From a virus: 40,667 nt of DNA. This document shows, one piece after another, positions 40,558 through 40,667 of this stretch. Both the position numbers and the translations under genes were made by a program. The notes under the pieces were generated by a model. It did no database searches. It was not told the origin of the DNA and saw nothing but the letters and a program-made list of their open reading frames with translations. The stretch spans positions 1-40,667 of the IMG/VR virus record IMGVR_UViG_3300045988_150405, one strand, 5' to 3'. How positions within the stretch are numbered: the stretch's first letter is position 1; each line of letters starts with the position of its first letter.

Positions 40558-40581
40558 ATTATACTGACATAGAACTGACAT
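40558..40581 (-). promoter_or_regulatory. Two ATGTCAGT motifs 11 bp apart, abutting a TATAAT -10 upstream of the GIY-YIG gene
   Basis: Minus strand ATGTCAGT-TCT-ATGTCAGTATAAT. On plus, ACTGACAT lies at 40563-40570 and 40574-40581. Confidence 0.5.
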
Positions 40582-40582
40582 T

Positions 40583-40667
40583 ATTTTTTTTTACATTTTG
40601 AAAGTATTGAATTTACTGCTTTTCGTAAAATTCATAATACAATTACTTTTATGTCTTTTAAAATTAA
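40583..40667. repeat. Terminal direct repeat, right copy (identical to 1-85)
   Basis: 85/85 nt identical to the start of the window. Confidence 0.95.

Overview
This window is essentially a whole genome of about 40.6 kb from a low-GC (Clostridium-like Firmicutes, inferred) siphovirus-type tailed phage or phage-plasmid. The first 85 nt recur exactly at the end (1-85 = 40583-40667). The unique length is therefore 40,582 bp, and the molecule is circular, circularly permuted or short-DTR.

Nearly everything is coded on the minus strand. Reading the minus strand downward from the control region at 18.0-18.25 kb, the order is:
- a strong early promoter
- winged-helix/Rep-like and multi-HTH proteins (17.9-15.4 kb)
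- a cassette of tiny Zn-ribbon and membrane ORFs
- a membrane-anchored FtsK/HerA-like ATPase plus a tail-anchored GIY-YIG nuclease (14.3-13.0 kb)
- paralogous Cro-like HTH genes with shared palindromic operators
- an ERF recombinase and an ERCC4-type nuclease
- an Xre HTH, a DnaD-like replisome organizer (iterons inside the gene) and a T7-gp4-like primase-helicase
- a stand-alone cassette of HTH_17, GIY-YIG and two coiled-coil proteins
- an RHH protein, SSB, DUF3310, a ThyX-like protein and MazG
- after the wrap-around: a GIY-YIG/Arm-domain endonuclease, DUF1653 and an ArpU/RinA-like late regulator
- the late operon (38.1-19.3 kb): terS, terL, portal, minor head, scaffold, capsid, connectors, major tail, chaperone with a +1-frame extension, tape measure, Dit/Tal, a 1279-aa fibre, XkdX, a BhlA-type holin and an amidase-SPOR endolysin

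Only an island of about 0.7 kb (18.25-18.98 kb) is plus-strand. I saw no integrase, transposase, large CI-type repressor, tRNA or CRISPR array.

The best leads are:
- a plasmid-style origin (TA tract, phased iterons and three tandem DnaA boxes) in an integrase-less phage
- a second copy of the organizer-gene iteron block sitting inside the head-morphogenesis operon
- the membrane FtsK-like ATPase/GIY-YIG nuclease pair
- a terminator-bracketed HTH/GIY-YIG/coiled-coil cassette
- a probable +1 (not -1) tail-chaperone frameshift

Coordinates of features absent from the ORF track were derived by hand and may be off by 1-2 nt.
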